From NCBI RefSeq assembly GCF_052425735.1, contig NC_135763.1, forward strand, positions 26,102,001 to 26,166,000: 64,000 nt of DNA. The letters run 5' to 3'. The stretch's first letter is position 1, and each line of letters opens with the position of its first letter. The position numbers and the translations under genes are program-made. Of this stretch, positions 1-10,018 are shown piece after piece. This DNA comes from Oculina patagonica (lineage: Eukaryota). Under the pieces are notes generated by a model, which did not search any database, had not been told where the DNA came from, and saw only the letters and a list, made by a program, of their open reading frames with translations.

Positions 1-2793
1 TTGGACGGTCGACTTTGTTTCAGATTTTAAAAGTAAGGGAATCATCTCAACGGAAGTCCTTACAAGGGCTCGACAATACCGCAGCAAGTGGTGCAGACGG
101 CTTCGATGCTCTGAATAAGATTATAGACAGGCTGGAGGAAAGCGGATCGCGGCCGGAATGGTGTCAAGCAACAAGGAAGGAATTGAAAGAAGGTAAGCGC
201 TACCTTAAATCAGAATACCGAGCGCACTGTCGAGAAGGCGAGAGCCCATGCCCGGACTATTGTGGACGTTATGCTCTTAGTGATCCCCAGAGCACTGACT
301 TCCAGTCTTCCTGCGACCTCGAACACTATACACAGTGCCAACAATGTGAATCACTGAAAAACGCAATGATCTCCATATTGACAGAGATCGAGTCACCAGA
401 AATCAGTTTGTATGGAGAAGACCAAAAGGAAGACCTGCTGTATGATGCCAAACAGGCACAAGATATGGTGCTTCAATGGAAGGCGCATATCCTTCGAGCA
501 GAGAATCAAGACCAAGCCAAACAAGATGTATCAGGTCTCTACAAAGTGACTCCATACTAGTGCTATTGGATTGGGCGATGAAATTCAACCAATGAAGTGT
601 CAAGAAAAACAGTCCGAGTGGTACGGCAAACGGGGAATGAGCTGGCACGTCAGCTGCGTTATCTCCAAGCCTGCAGAGGGTCAAGATCAAGAGATAGTAT
701 CGTATGTCCACCTCCTGGATAGCTACGCTCAGGACTGGTACGCAGTATGTGCAATCCTAACACACCTGCTGACGACCGTCAAAGCTGAACGACCGTACGT
801 GAATACGTCCTACATTCGTTCCGATGGCGCTGGATGCTACCACAATAATAACTTAATAGCAGCTGTGAGCGACATTGGCAAGCAGGTTGGGATACGAGTT
901 CTGAGGTAATTACATTCCATTTGAAATAATAAAATAAACTATGGTTCTCCATGCTTGTTTGGAGAAGGGCTAAATGCTTTTAATAAGTTGATCATCAAAT
1001 GGCTTGTAGTTATTGGTCAAAGATGCCCATAATATAAATCATCCTCATGGAGTTAGTTCTAACTTCAGGCGCCATTTTTGTTTTATAACTGGAAGGCGAT
1101 TCCGAATGAACTCTGAGATATACACATAAACCACTGCCTTATTCTTTCCGTCTCTTCCTGGGCTTCCCTAAGGAACTGCTTTTCCTAACTATTAAGTCTA
1201 TTAATTAATCTCAAGCTCATTTATCTAGTGATAGTCAGTCATAGTACGTGATATTTTGTGTCTAAATAAAGGCGATAATTTCCGGTTAGTTTACACCATG
1301 ATTCTCCGCTATCCTGAACCTTCATCAGTGTACTATTTCCAAAACGAGAGCGAGTGTTTCATTGGGGTATCCAAACACCGAGAAACAAATGAAAGCACGA
1401 GGCCGTTGGGCGAGAATGTCTCCCCAATCCCAGGCCATATATGAGTTTATGAAATTGACCCGCAAGACTTACAGCTTTACAGGAATACTGCTATAGGATA
1501 GATATCTCTTGTATTTTGTTTTTCCAGATACGACTTCTCTGAGCCCCAGTTTGGCAAAGACGTTTGTGATAGAATCATTAGTCCATTGAAAGGCGCACTT
1601 CGACGGTACTGTGACGAAGGCCACGACATTTTGACCACTTCAGAAATGTATCAGGCACTGCAGGCCAGGCAGGTAAAGGGAACCACCGCAGCTGTGTGCG
1701 AATTAGATTGCAGCCAAAGTATTAAAGTTAACCGCATTAGTAATTTCAGTTCATTCCATAATTTCTCGTATGAAGCAGAGGGTGTTCGCGTCTCAAAAGC
1801 CTATGAAATTGGCCCGGGAAAATTGATACCATAGTCGCAACTTAAGGTTCAGAGACAAAGTCCAATTCTCGTGAGGGAAGTTAACGAACAAGGCTTCTTT
1901 GCTGTTACGCCCAGGCAAATGAAGCTGTCACTGTGTGAGTCACAAGAGTCAGAGAAAGAAGCAGCATTATTTGCATGTAAAGAGCCTGGCTGTTCTTCTG
2001 TTTTTAAAACATTTGACGAACTACAAGATCATATTCACTTTGGAGAACATGTCTCAAGTGTTCAAGCGAATCAGGAAAGCATAAACGATCGATTACGCCG
2101 AGACTGGGCGCTCAAGTTCGCAACAATGTCCATCGATTCAAGACAGAAGTTGCCGCCAACCGAAGACTCTCGCCAACCTGACTCTCCCAGTGGTGTTTGC
2201 AAATTTGAGGCTATTGGATGGGCCCTACAGAAGCCAAGGGGAGGCGGGACAAGGTTTAGCGAGAATGTCAGGTCTTACCTCACAGTACGATTTGATGTCG
2301 GCGCGCAAACAGGCCGGAAAGCAGATCCTGCTCAGGTCGCAGCAGACATGAGAACGACCAGAAATGCAAATGACTCAAGAAGATTTTCCAGAGACGAATG
2401 GCTGACGAAAGGGCAAGTTCAGTCATTCTTTTCGAGACTATCTGCACTCAGAAGAAGAAAAGGGTCGTCTGGAGCCGAAAGTGTTGAGATTGATGACGAA
2501 GGGGATCTGCTTTTGCAAGAAGAAGTATCATTTCTGAATGATAAACGTCGGGACAGAAGGTCGAGGATATTTTCAACAACGTGGGTGTAATGCATCCTAT
2601 GATGTACGTTGGCTATGATATATGCGAGCAGACCAAACAAGAAGGGCTCTCAAAATTCAATGTGAAAACACTGAAAGCCATCTGCGATCATTTTGAACTG
2701 CCATTCAAATCTAAAGATACAAATGCTACCCTTGTAAACAAAATCACAGACATGGTGAAAGAATGCAGCTGCTGCCGCCCAACCACTGAATAG
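1..2793 (+). pseudogene. Sola3-like DDD transposase, 3' part, disrupted (copy A)
   Basis: Motifs DWAMKF..EKQSEWYGKRGMSWH, RSDGAGCYH and YDFSEPQFGKDVCDR; GT-AG intron 906-1527 joins VLR|YDF; C2H2-like CKEPGC..HIH; frameshifts near 530 and 2557, in-frame TAG at 1832-1834. Confidence 0.7.
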
Positions 2794-2806
2794 CCATATA
2801 ACTTTA

Positions 2807-3893
2807 AGTAGGGGAAAAACAGGGATACTGCGACATGCGGCGGCGGCGGTAATGACATCACAATACCCCAGGTGACGTCATAGTTCCCCCAGGGGTGACA
2901 TCATCATCATCATCTAAAAATACATCCCACAATCGTCGCTTTTTGCGGTGGAATTCATCAAAATGATGAGATCACCATCTAAAAATAGTATATTCCTCTT
3001 AATCATTGGTTTTTGGGGTGTAATTTAAAAATAGAATAGTGACGTCACAATGCCACAGGGGTAAACGTCATAAAAATGACGAGATCATAATTTAAAAATA
3101 GAATAGGGACAGTATTGCCTTCATCTTGTTTATTGTCGCAAAATAAAATAAAATTGTGATATAGGTTAAAGAATCTGCATTCAGAAGTCTTTTTTAAAGG
3201 CAAAATTATCGGTATATTTAAGCTTTGTGGAGCAGCCGACCGAAAAGTCTTGGGAGCGATTATTTCTCGTTTCCATTCTAACTCGGGCGATAGTTCGAAT
3301 ATAATGTATGCAGGTTGGCACAATGTTTTGCTGTGAAAGACCAAAGTGGCATTTTCATAGTCCCGCATATTTGGATCATCTCTGGTAAGTTTTTGCTTCT
3401 AGTCCAAACAAGAATTAAATAACTTCGTGAACCTCAATCAACTAACGCCAAGATTTATTGCACGCGAAATCGCATCAACTTGAACTAATAATTAGTTTTG
3501 TATTAGTATTAGTTTTGTTTAACGAAATTACCTTTGTAAAGTTCAATGATGTCATAGTTTAATTTTCTACTTCATGGCGGTAGCGGTTTTCAGCATTTCA
3601 CAGTACAGGCATAAGTACCGATTCATTTCGGTCAAAGTTTTTAGCTTTGTAATTATACAAGTTGTCTTGTCGCATACATTTAGTACTGCTAACATACCGG
3701 TAATTGTTTTTAAAACAATGGTAAAGACTCGATGTGCTCTAGTGAACAAAGCATAAAACAATAGAGTGAACGCGCTTCAGTGACCTCGGATATAAACACG
3801 AGTGTTCGGTTAATAATAAAACACTAAACACACAGATTGTAAGTAAAATAAACTTTTATTTCGATCGTTCAACATTACAATGATTTAATTTAA
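2807..3893 (+). repeat. Left terminal inverted repeat of element 1
   Basis: Reverse complement of ~7764-8885 apart from a short divergent patch (~3470-3520 vs ~8145-8230); contains TGACGTCA/TGACATCA motifs. Confidence 0.92.
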
Positions 3894-6052
3894 TAATCCT
3901 CTTCTTGTCCTTCGTAAGATTTGTAAGGCGAGTTTTTATGTATTCGCCGGGAGCGTCTGGAAGGTCTTTTCGGTTTTATCATCCCAGTAATTTACGAATC
4001 GGATTTGAGGTCGTTTCCGCTTTTTAGGCGGAGATAATGATTCCACCGTGGGAGGAGGTGTCAAGATCGATGGAGGAGGGGAGGGAGGTAAGGGAGTAGA
4101 AGTTGCCATGGAAGTAATTACTTGTTGGTTTGGCGTTTGAACAGGAGCTGCTGGTATTGTTACCGGTGATTCTTGAAGGGGGGTTGGCACTGTTGGTAAG
4201 TTGCCTGCGGTAGATATTTGTTTCTGCTCTTGGGTTGCTTCTGGTATAGAATTGAGCTGGTGTTTGTATGTTAAATACCTGTTTTGCAGCTGCATGTATT
4301 GCCTTGCTTTTTCGTCTTCTGCAAGGTCTCTACGAGAGAGAAAGCCATCCATATTGTTCTGCAAGCGTTGCATTTCAGAAATTACCGGAGGAGTCATCAA
4401 GTTTTGCTGCTTAAGATATTGCACTAGTTCCTTAGAAACGTTGCCTTCTACTTCGCCTTTGTCGAATCGTTCTTCACCAGGTAATACATTTGTTCGCAAT
4501 CTGCAACTTTCCTGAGTGGTTGGTTTAAGCATAGGCGTACGAGCCGGGGGGGCGAGGGGGGCTGCAACCCCCCCCCGAGTGCCGAAATTTTTCGGGCAGA
4601 ATGCTTAGAATTCGGGCAAAAAGCCAAAGAGAAGACATAGAAAATAAGCCGACAAATCTCAACATTACTTTCACAACGAATTACATCAACAGAAAAAAAG
4701 TATTGGAAATATAACGAACTTAGCTTTGTGGTTCAAAAGTCTAAATTTATCATTTATCTGCTTTCGTTTCCTCTCGCAAATTGCTGTAATCATATTCGAT
4801 TTTTTTATAAGTTCTGCGTGACCCCTTAGTTTGATTCAGTTGCCATTATTTTGAATTGGCGAGGGCGACCAAAAGTTAGGATTTTCCACAGCTTGAACGT
4901 TTGCGCGCGGTTGATCCAGTGTAAGACCTCGAAACAAAGCTGTTACAAATGTGATGAAGCTAATGCTTTTGACTCAAATGTTAATTGCTAAGTCTGCTTA
5001 GGGCTAGCTTAAAACTTTCAACAAAATGATTTAACTCAACTTCCCCTGAATGTTTCACACACCGTTTGTATACCTTGCAAGTGGGGGGGGGGGGGCACAA
5101 TGTAAATTGGCTAGCCAATAACATTTTTTTATAAAATAAAATTTTTAATGAATAAATAAAGTATTTCGTAAGAAACAGGATTAAGTGCTTCGAGCAACGC
5201 CACTAAATCAATTAATTTTTTGTATACAACTTTTTCAACGGCAGTTTATTTTCCATTTCATATGCCTCTTTATTCGGCTCTCAACGTATGTCTTTTTTTC
5301 GGGCAATAAGGTCTCCGCCCCCCCAGGTCCGAAGGTGCCCGTACGCCTATGGGTTTAAGATCAACAAACAGATAACCAAATGGTCTTTGTACCGCGTCTT
5401 CGTACTGTTTCATAAACCAAGCAGATTGTCCTGGATACATTTGTTTTGCTAGTGTCAAAATCTGCAGTTTGTCGCGGGGGTTTTTGAAAAGTACCAAGTA
5501 ATGGCTGTTTAAGCTGATGCTTCGAGTGCCTTTGCCTTGATGGAACAGGTTTTGCACAATGTAAATGACACTCAAGTTGTGATGATGAGATCCTTTAGTA
5601 AACAGGTTCACGACTCGGTTATCACTTCCGGCTTCGATCATTTGGTCGTCGATGACAATCAAGTTTCGTATATTAACATCAAAGTAGGAATCTTGTTCTA
5701 AGGTCTCAGGGATACCCTTGCTAAATTCAATTCCAGGTATCGTCATCAACAACTCGCTATAAGCGGGCTGCCATTGGGAATAGCACCAAACAATCCTCTC
5801 AGGGGGTAGGTGAATTGTCTTGTGAGCCTGTTGCAACAAAGATTTAACCCAGAGCGTCTTACCCGAACCTGTCATTCCCGCCACCATACAGGTAAACGGA
5901 TGCCCCAAGTGAAACCGCTGACACTTTTCTCGAGAAATCGACATAGCTTGAAATGGAGGAAAACCGGAAGTACTATGTTTACTGCTCATGTGTCTTTGCA
6001 TGCTATCTTTCCTTGAAAAATCCTTTTGACATATAGGACAGGACCAACTCAT
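3890..6052 (-). pseudogene. C2H2 zinc finger + Polinton-type packaging ATPase + helical/Pro-rich tail, interrupted by a MITE
   Basis: CPICQKDFSRKDSMQRHMSSKH; Walker A GMTGSGKT; Walker B LIVIDD; KGSHHHNLSVIYIVQNLF..ISLNSHYLVLFKNPRD. Removing 4530-5351 plus one TSD joins FVDLKP|TTQESCRLRT in frame (428 aa to the stop at 3936); probable 1-nt frameshift before an older stop at 3890-3892. Confidence 0.85.
4530..5351. mobile_element. hAT-type non-autonomous element inserted in the ATPase gene
   Basis: TIR CATAGGCGTACG / CGTACGCCTATG; 8-bp TSD GGTTTAAG (4522-4529, 5352-5359). Confidence 0.9.
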
Positions 6053-6117
6053 ATCAACTCCCTCACAACTTAACGAGAACTAAATTTCTGTGCAATGTTT
6101 CACAATTATATTGTATC

Positions 6118-6505
6118 TCCACCACCACCACCACCACCACAATTCTATTGTTTAACTCCACCACCACCACAATTCTATTGTTTAACTCCACCACCACCAC
6201 AATTCTATTGTTTTACTTCACCACCACCACCACCACAATTCTATTGTTTAACTCCACCACCACCACCACAATTCTATTGTTTAACTCCACCACCACCACC
6301 ACAATTCTATTGTTTAACTCCACCACCACCACCACCACCACCACTACCACCACCACCACCGCAATTCTATTGTTTAACTCCACCACCACCACCACCACCA
6401 CCACAATTCTATTGTTTCACTCCACCACCACCACCACCACCACAATTCTATTGTTTAACTCCACCACCACCACATTTCTATTGTTTAACTCCACCACCAC
6501 CACTA
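6118..6505 (+). repeat. Minisatellite (CCA)n-CAATTCTATTGTTTAACT between divergent genes
   Basis: About 10 copies of caattctattgtttaact separated by variable CCA runs. Confidence 0.95.
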
Positions 6506-6551
6506 TTAATTATAAAGAAAAACCTTACTACCGTTAGTTCATTCTATAATC

Positions 6552-6878
6552 ATGACTCGTGTAGTAAAGAACAATCGAGGTTTCCTTCAACTTTTAGCTG
6601 ACTGTCCTTCTCATCAACGCCAGTTTCTTCTTAAGACAGCCACTCCACAACAGATGCACGCATTAGTGCAACTTATTTATAACGTTCTCAAGGAAAACAT
6701 ACCAATCTCTGAAGAAGATAAGCGTAAAGTGATACCCTACAAGGATGCTCTAGTCAACCTCGTTGAACCAAATGTTCCCTTCAAGACAAAGAAACGAATT
6801 CTTGTACAAGAGGGTGGAGGCTTTATTCAAGAATTATTGACCCCTGTTATAAGTAGTTTGGGACTTCTTATGTTATAA
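6552..6878 (+). CDS. Small Maverick/Polinton-like accessory protein (108 aa)
   Basis: Intact ATG ORF after a TATA-like tataaag; pattern R..LL..A...Q...L..L.YNVLK.NIP....K...LVQEGGGF..LL.P recalled from Maverick accessory ORFs. Confidence 0.65.
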   Translation: MTRVVKNNRGFLQLLADCPSHQRQFLLKTATPQQMHALVQLIYNVLKENIPISEEDKRKVIPYKDALVNLVEPNVPFKTKKRILVQEGGGFIQELLTPVISSLGLLML

Positions 6879-6940
6879 GAGCATAGCTGCATCCTTAAAA
6901 TTGATCATTTATATCTTGCTTTTAACGAGTGCTGGGCAAT

Positions 6941-7768
6941 ATGAAGAGAAAGATAACCTGGGACGACGAAGCGGAGGAAAGCGGACAAGAAGATAGCACA
7001 ACCTCTGATGACGAGAGCGATGACGAGGAACCCCGGATAAAAGATGTTTTAAATAATCTTTCCCAAGCTGTGTCTAGAAAGTATACTTCTGAACTGCTGC
7101 ATAGCATGGCCACCTCCAAAGATATCTTGTTTTGGACACCACGCGGACAATTACTCCGAAATCAACGCATAATACCAGTAACAAACATTTCAGAACTGGT
7201 CGAGTATGTGCTACTTCCACATAACGATGATGTAGCCAAACCCCGCGCACTCAATACCTTTTCAGAGGGACTGGCGGAGCTGGGAGTAAATAAGCGTTTG
7301 ATAAAGAATAAGAAAGTTCTAAGCGATATATTACAAAAAGAACAAGCCTATCGTGATAAAGAGGAAGAGGAGGATGACAATAACTCAACTGGCGGTAGTG
7401 AAGAGGAGGGAACAGCTTCTGAGGAGGGTAGTGGAGATGAGGAATCTCAAGGGAGCGACAGCGACAGTGATAAAGAAGCCGAGAATAGCGATTTCGAAAA
7501 TGTAATTCAAACAAAAGCTAGTTCTCCATGTGAACACTGCGATGGTTTCAATGTATATGATACTGCGATCATGAAATGCCTCAAGTGCTTTTGGGAAGAT
7601 AACTATAAAATTTGTCCTATATGTGAGCACGGAATCCCTCTTGACCGAAAGCACGGAAAGGATACTTTGCGTCGATGTTACGATTGCGGAACTATTACAC
7701 ACAAGAACGTGAAGACATCAAAATCCACATTTTATCCCCCAAGCAATGAGGAGGACGAAGGCGATTAA
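6941..7768 (+). CDS. Maverick-like accessory protein with acidic tracts and C-terminal 4xCxxC zinc ribbon
   Basis: Intact ORF; block ILFWTPRGQLLRNQRIIPVTNISELVEYVL..P.AL..F..GL..LGV...LIKN; CEHC, CLKC, CPIC, CYDC; stop coincides with the inner TIR edge. Confidence 0.7.
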   Translation: MKRKITWDDEAEESGQEDSTTSDDESDDEEPRIKDVLNNLSQAVSRKYTSELLHSMATSKDILFWTPRGQLLRNQRIIPVTNISELVEYVLLPHNDDVAKPRALNTFSEGLAELGVNKRLIKNKKVLSDILQKEQAYRDKEEEEDDNNSTGGSEEEGTASEEGSGDEESQGSDSDSDKEAENSDFENVIQTKASSPCEHCDGFNVYDTAIMKCLKCFWEDNYKICPICEHGIPLDRKHGKDTLRRCYDCGTITHKNVKTSKSTFYPPSNEEDEGD

Positions 7769-8885
7769 ATTAAATCATTGTAATGCCATGTTGAACGATC
7801 GAAATAAAAGTTTGCTTGAATTACAATCTGTGCGTTTAGTGTCTTATTATTAACCGAAAACTAGTGTTTATATCCGAAGTCACTGAAGTGCGTTCACTCT
7901 ATTGTTTTATGCTTTGTTCACTAGAGCACATCGAGTCTTTACCATTGTTTTAAAAAACAATTACCGGTATGTTAGCAGTACTAAATGTATGCGACAAGAC
8001 AACTTGAATAATTACAAAGCTAAAAACTTTGACCGAAATGAATCGGTACTTATGCCTGTACTGTGAAATGCTGAAAACCGCTACCGCCATGGAGTAGAAA
8101 ATTAAACCATGACATCATTGAACTTTACAAAGGTAATTTCGTTACACAAAAAAGTGCCAGTGAACTGTTGATTTCGTAAACTAATTAATAGTTCAAGTTG
8201 AATTCGAATTAATTAAACGCGAATTCGCGTGCAATAAATCTTGGCGTTAGTTGATTGAGGTTCACGAAGTTATTTAATTCTTGTTTGGACTAGAAGCAAA
8301 AACTTACCAGAGATGATCCAAATATGCGGGACTATGAAAATGCCACTTTGGTCTTTCACAGCAAAACATTGTGCCAACCTGCATACATTATATTCGAACT
8401 ATCGCCCGAGTTAGAATGGAAACGAGAAATAATCGCTCCCAAGACTTTTCGGTCGGCTGCTCCACAAAGCTTAAATATACCGATAATTTTGCCTTTAAAA
8501 AAGACTTCTGAATGCAGATTCTTTAACCTATATCACAATTTTATTTTATTTTGCGACAATAAACAAGATGAAGGCAATACTGTCCCTATTCTATTTTTAA
8601 ATTATGATCTCGTCATTTTTATGACGTTTACCCCTGTGACATTGTGACGTCACTATTCTATTTTTAAATTACACCCCAAAAACCAATGATTGAGAGGAAT
8701 ATACTATTTTTAGATGGTGATCTCATCATTTTGATGAATTCCACCGCAAAAAGCGACGATTGTGGGATGTATTTTTAGATGATGATGATGATGTCACCCC
8801 TGGGGGAACTATGACGTCACCTGGGGTATTGTGATGTCATTACCGCCGCCGCCGCATGTCGCAGTATCCCTGTTTTTCCCCTACT
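7764..8885 (-). repeat. Right terminal inverted repeat of element 1
   Basis: Reverse complement of 2807-3893. Confidence 0.92.
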
Positions 8886-8891
8886 ACTTTA

Positions 8892-9819
8892 TGGCCGGAG
8901 AGGATGTACTCGGAAGTTTTGGTGGGCATTTCACGTCCTTTGAGTCTGCTGTGGACAAAGTTTCCAAGCACCAGTCGAATAAATCGCAATTTATAACTTG
9001 ACAAAAACCTTGGAAAGTATGTGCCCTGTAAGCTTTGTTTACCGATAGTTGTAAATGAGCAAAATTTGCATATTGTGCGAGGGGACGAAGGATTCCTATT
9101 TATGGCATTTCAGCCGTTTTTATTTATACAAACTAAAACGGCCATAAAAACCAAAAGTACTCGTTTTTCGAGGATGTACAGCAAGACTCTGAGGTGCTGG
9201 ATAAAATATTTCTATCTAATCACATGCGCTGGGCATAAACCGTCAAACGAGCAATCTAATGTAAATATTGCCAAAACAAACTCTTAAAAACGTTTGTTCG
9301 CGTCCAAAGTAGAACGATACCCGGACTTTTTAATTTATTTTCTATTAGAATAGGGTTAGGTCTTTGCCGTGAAGTGCATTTTACCTGTGATTTTTTTACC
9401 GCTTTGGAGATTTTGGCTTTTACTTTTGAGGAATCTGTCATGCGAGAAAAGATACCGCAAACCGCGTTGTCCTTGATTTAATTAAGTTAATTTAATTTTT
9501 CATCAAATAATTCGATATTCCTTGATAAGACAAGGTAAATGCGGCTTAATGTAATGTATTATTTAAAATTGAGCGATATTTATCCGTTTCGAAGAAAGGC
9601 AGCTTTTAAAATCGCCAAATTCCGGCCATCGAATAACCCTGAAACCGCTCTCAGATAGTAAAATACGTTTTGTCCTGTAGCGAAGCACAGAAAAAGTTTC
9701 TGGAAAAAAAATTAGATCGATTTTAATCATTTCACATTAAGTTCTTTTCAGTCACAAAAAATAAAGGGAAGGTTTACTCGCGACCCGAAAGTCGCCAGAC
9801 CGCTGTTAGGTGGACAGCC
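8892..9819 (+). mobile_element. Probable 3' terminal region of the Sola3-like element (copy A)
   Basis: Continues the transposase locus as in copy B; candidate ends at CTC|TTAA (9281-9287) or ggacagcc|TTAA (9820-9823); no matching left TIR seen in the window. Confidence 0.4.
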
Positions 9820-9948
9820 TTAAGCATTGGCTACCTGTCGGTTATGCTATAACTTCTTTGTTATCGAAACTATTTTGCGGAGGTCTATGACAAAAATCAC
9901 TTACCTCTTCCGTCTGTTATTGAAAACACCCCCTCACGTTCGTCGCTG

Positions 9949-9956
9949 ATATAAAG
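9949..9956 (+). promoter_or_regulatory. TATA-like box of the FN2 gene (copy A)
   Basis: gATATAAAg about 65 nt upstream of the ATG at 10019; conserved in copy B (~42366). Confidence 0.5.
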
Positions 9957-10018
9957 GGAAGCTACACCTTTTCAGCAGTGTTAATTTCTTAGAAGCGGTA
10001 CTCACTTCAAGTCAAGCC

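Larger units (their letters stand above)
2807..8885. mobile_element. Non-autonomous Polinton/Maverick-like element 1
   Basis: AGTAGGGG...CCCCTACT termini; 6-bp TSD ACTTTA (2801-2806, 8886-8891); ~1.1-kb TIRs; empty site in copy B near 39933 (taACTTTAtggcc); encodes A32/FtsK-like ATPase. Confidence 0.9.

Noticed and set aside
3045-3368. 107-aa ORF duplicated at 8324-8647
   Set aside because: Identity is explained by the TIR and there is no recognisable motif; not excluded, but unsupported
6095-6601. Extensin-like poly-Pro, poly-Thr and poly-Val ORFs
   Set aside because: Open in several frames only because the minisatellite lacks stops; no signal peptide or domain
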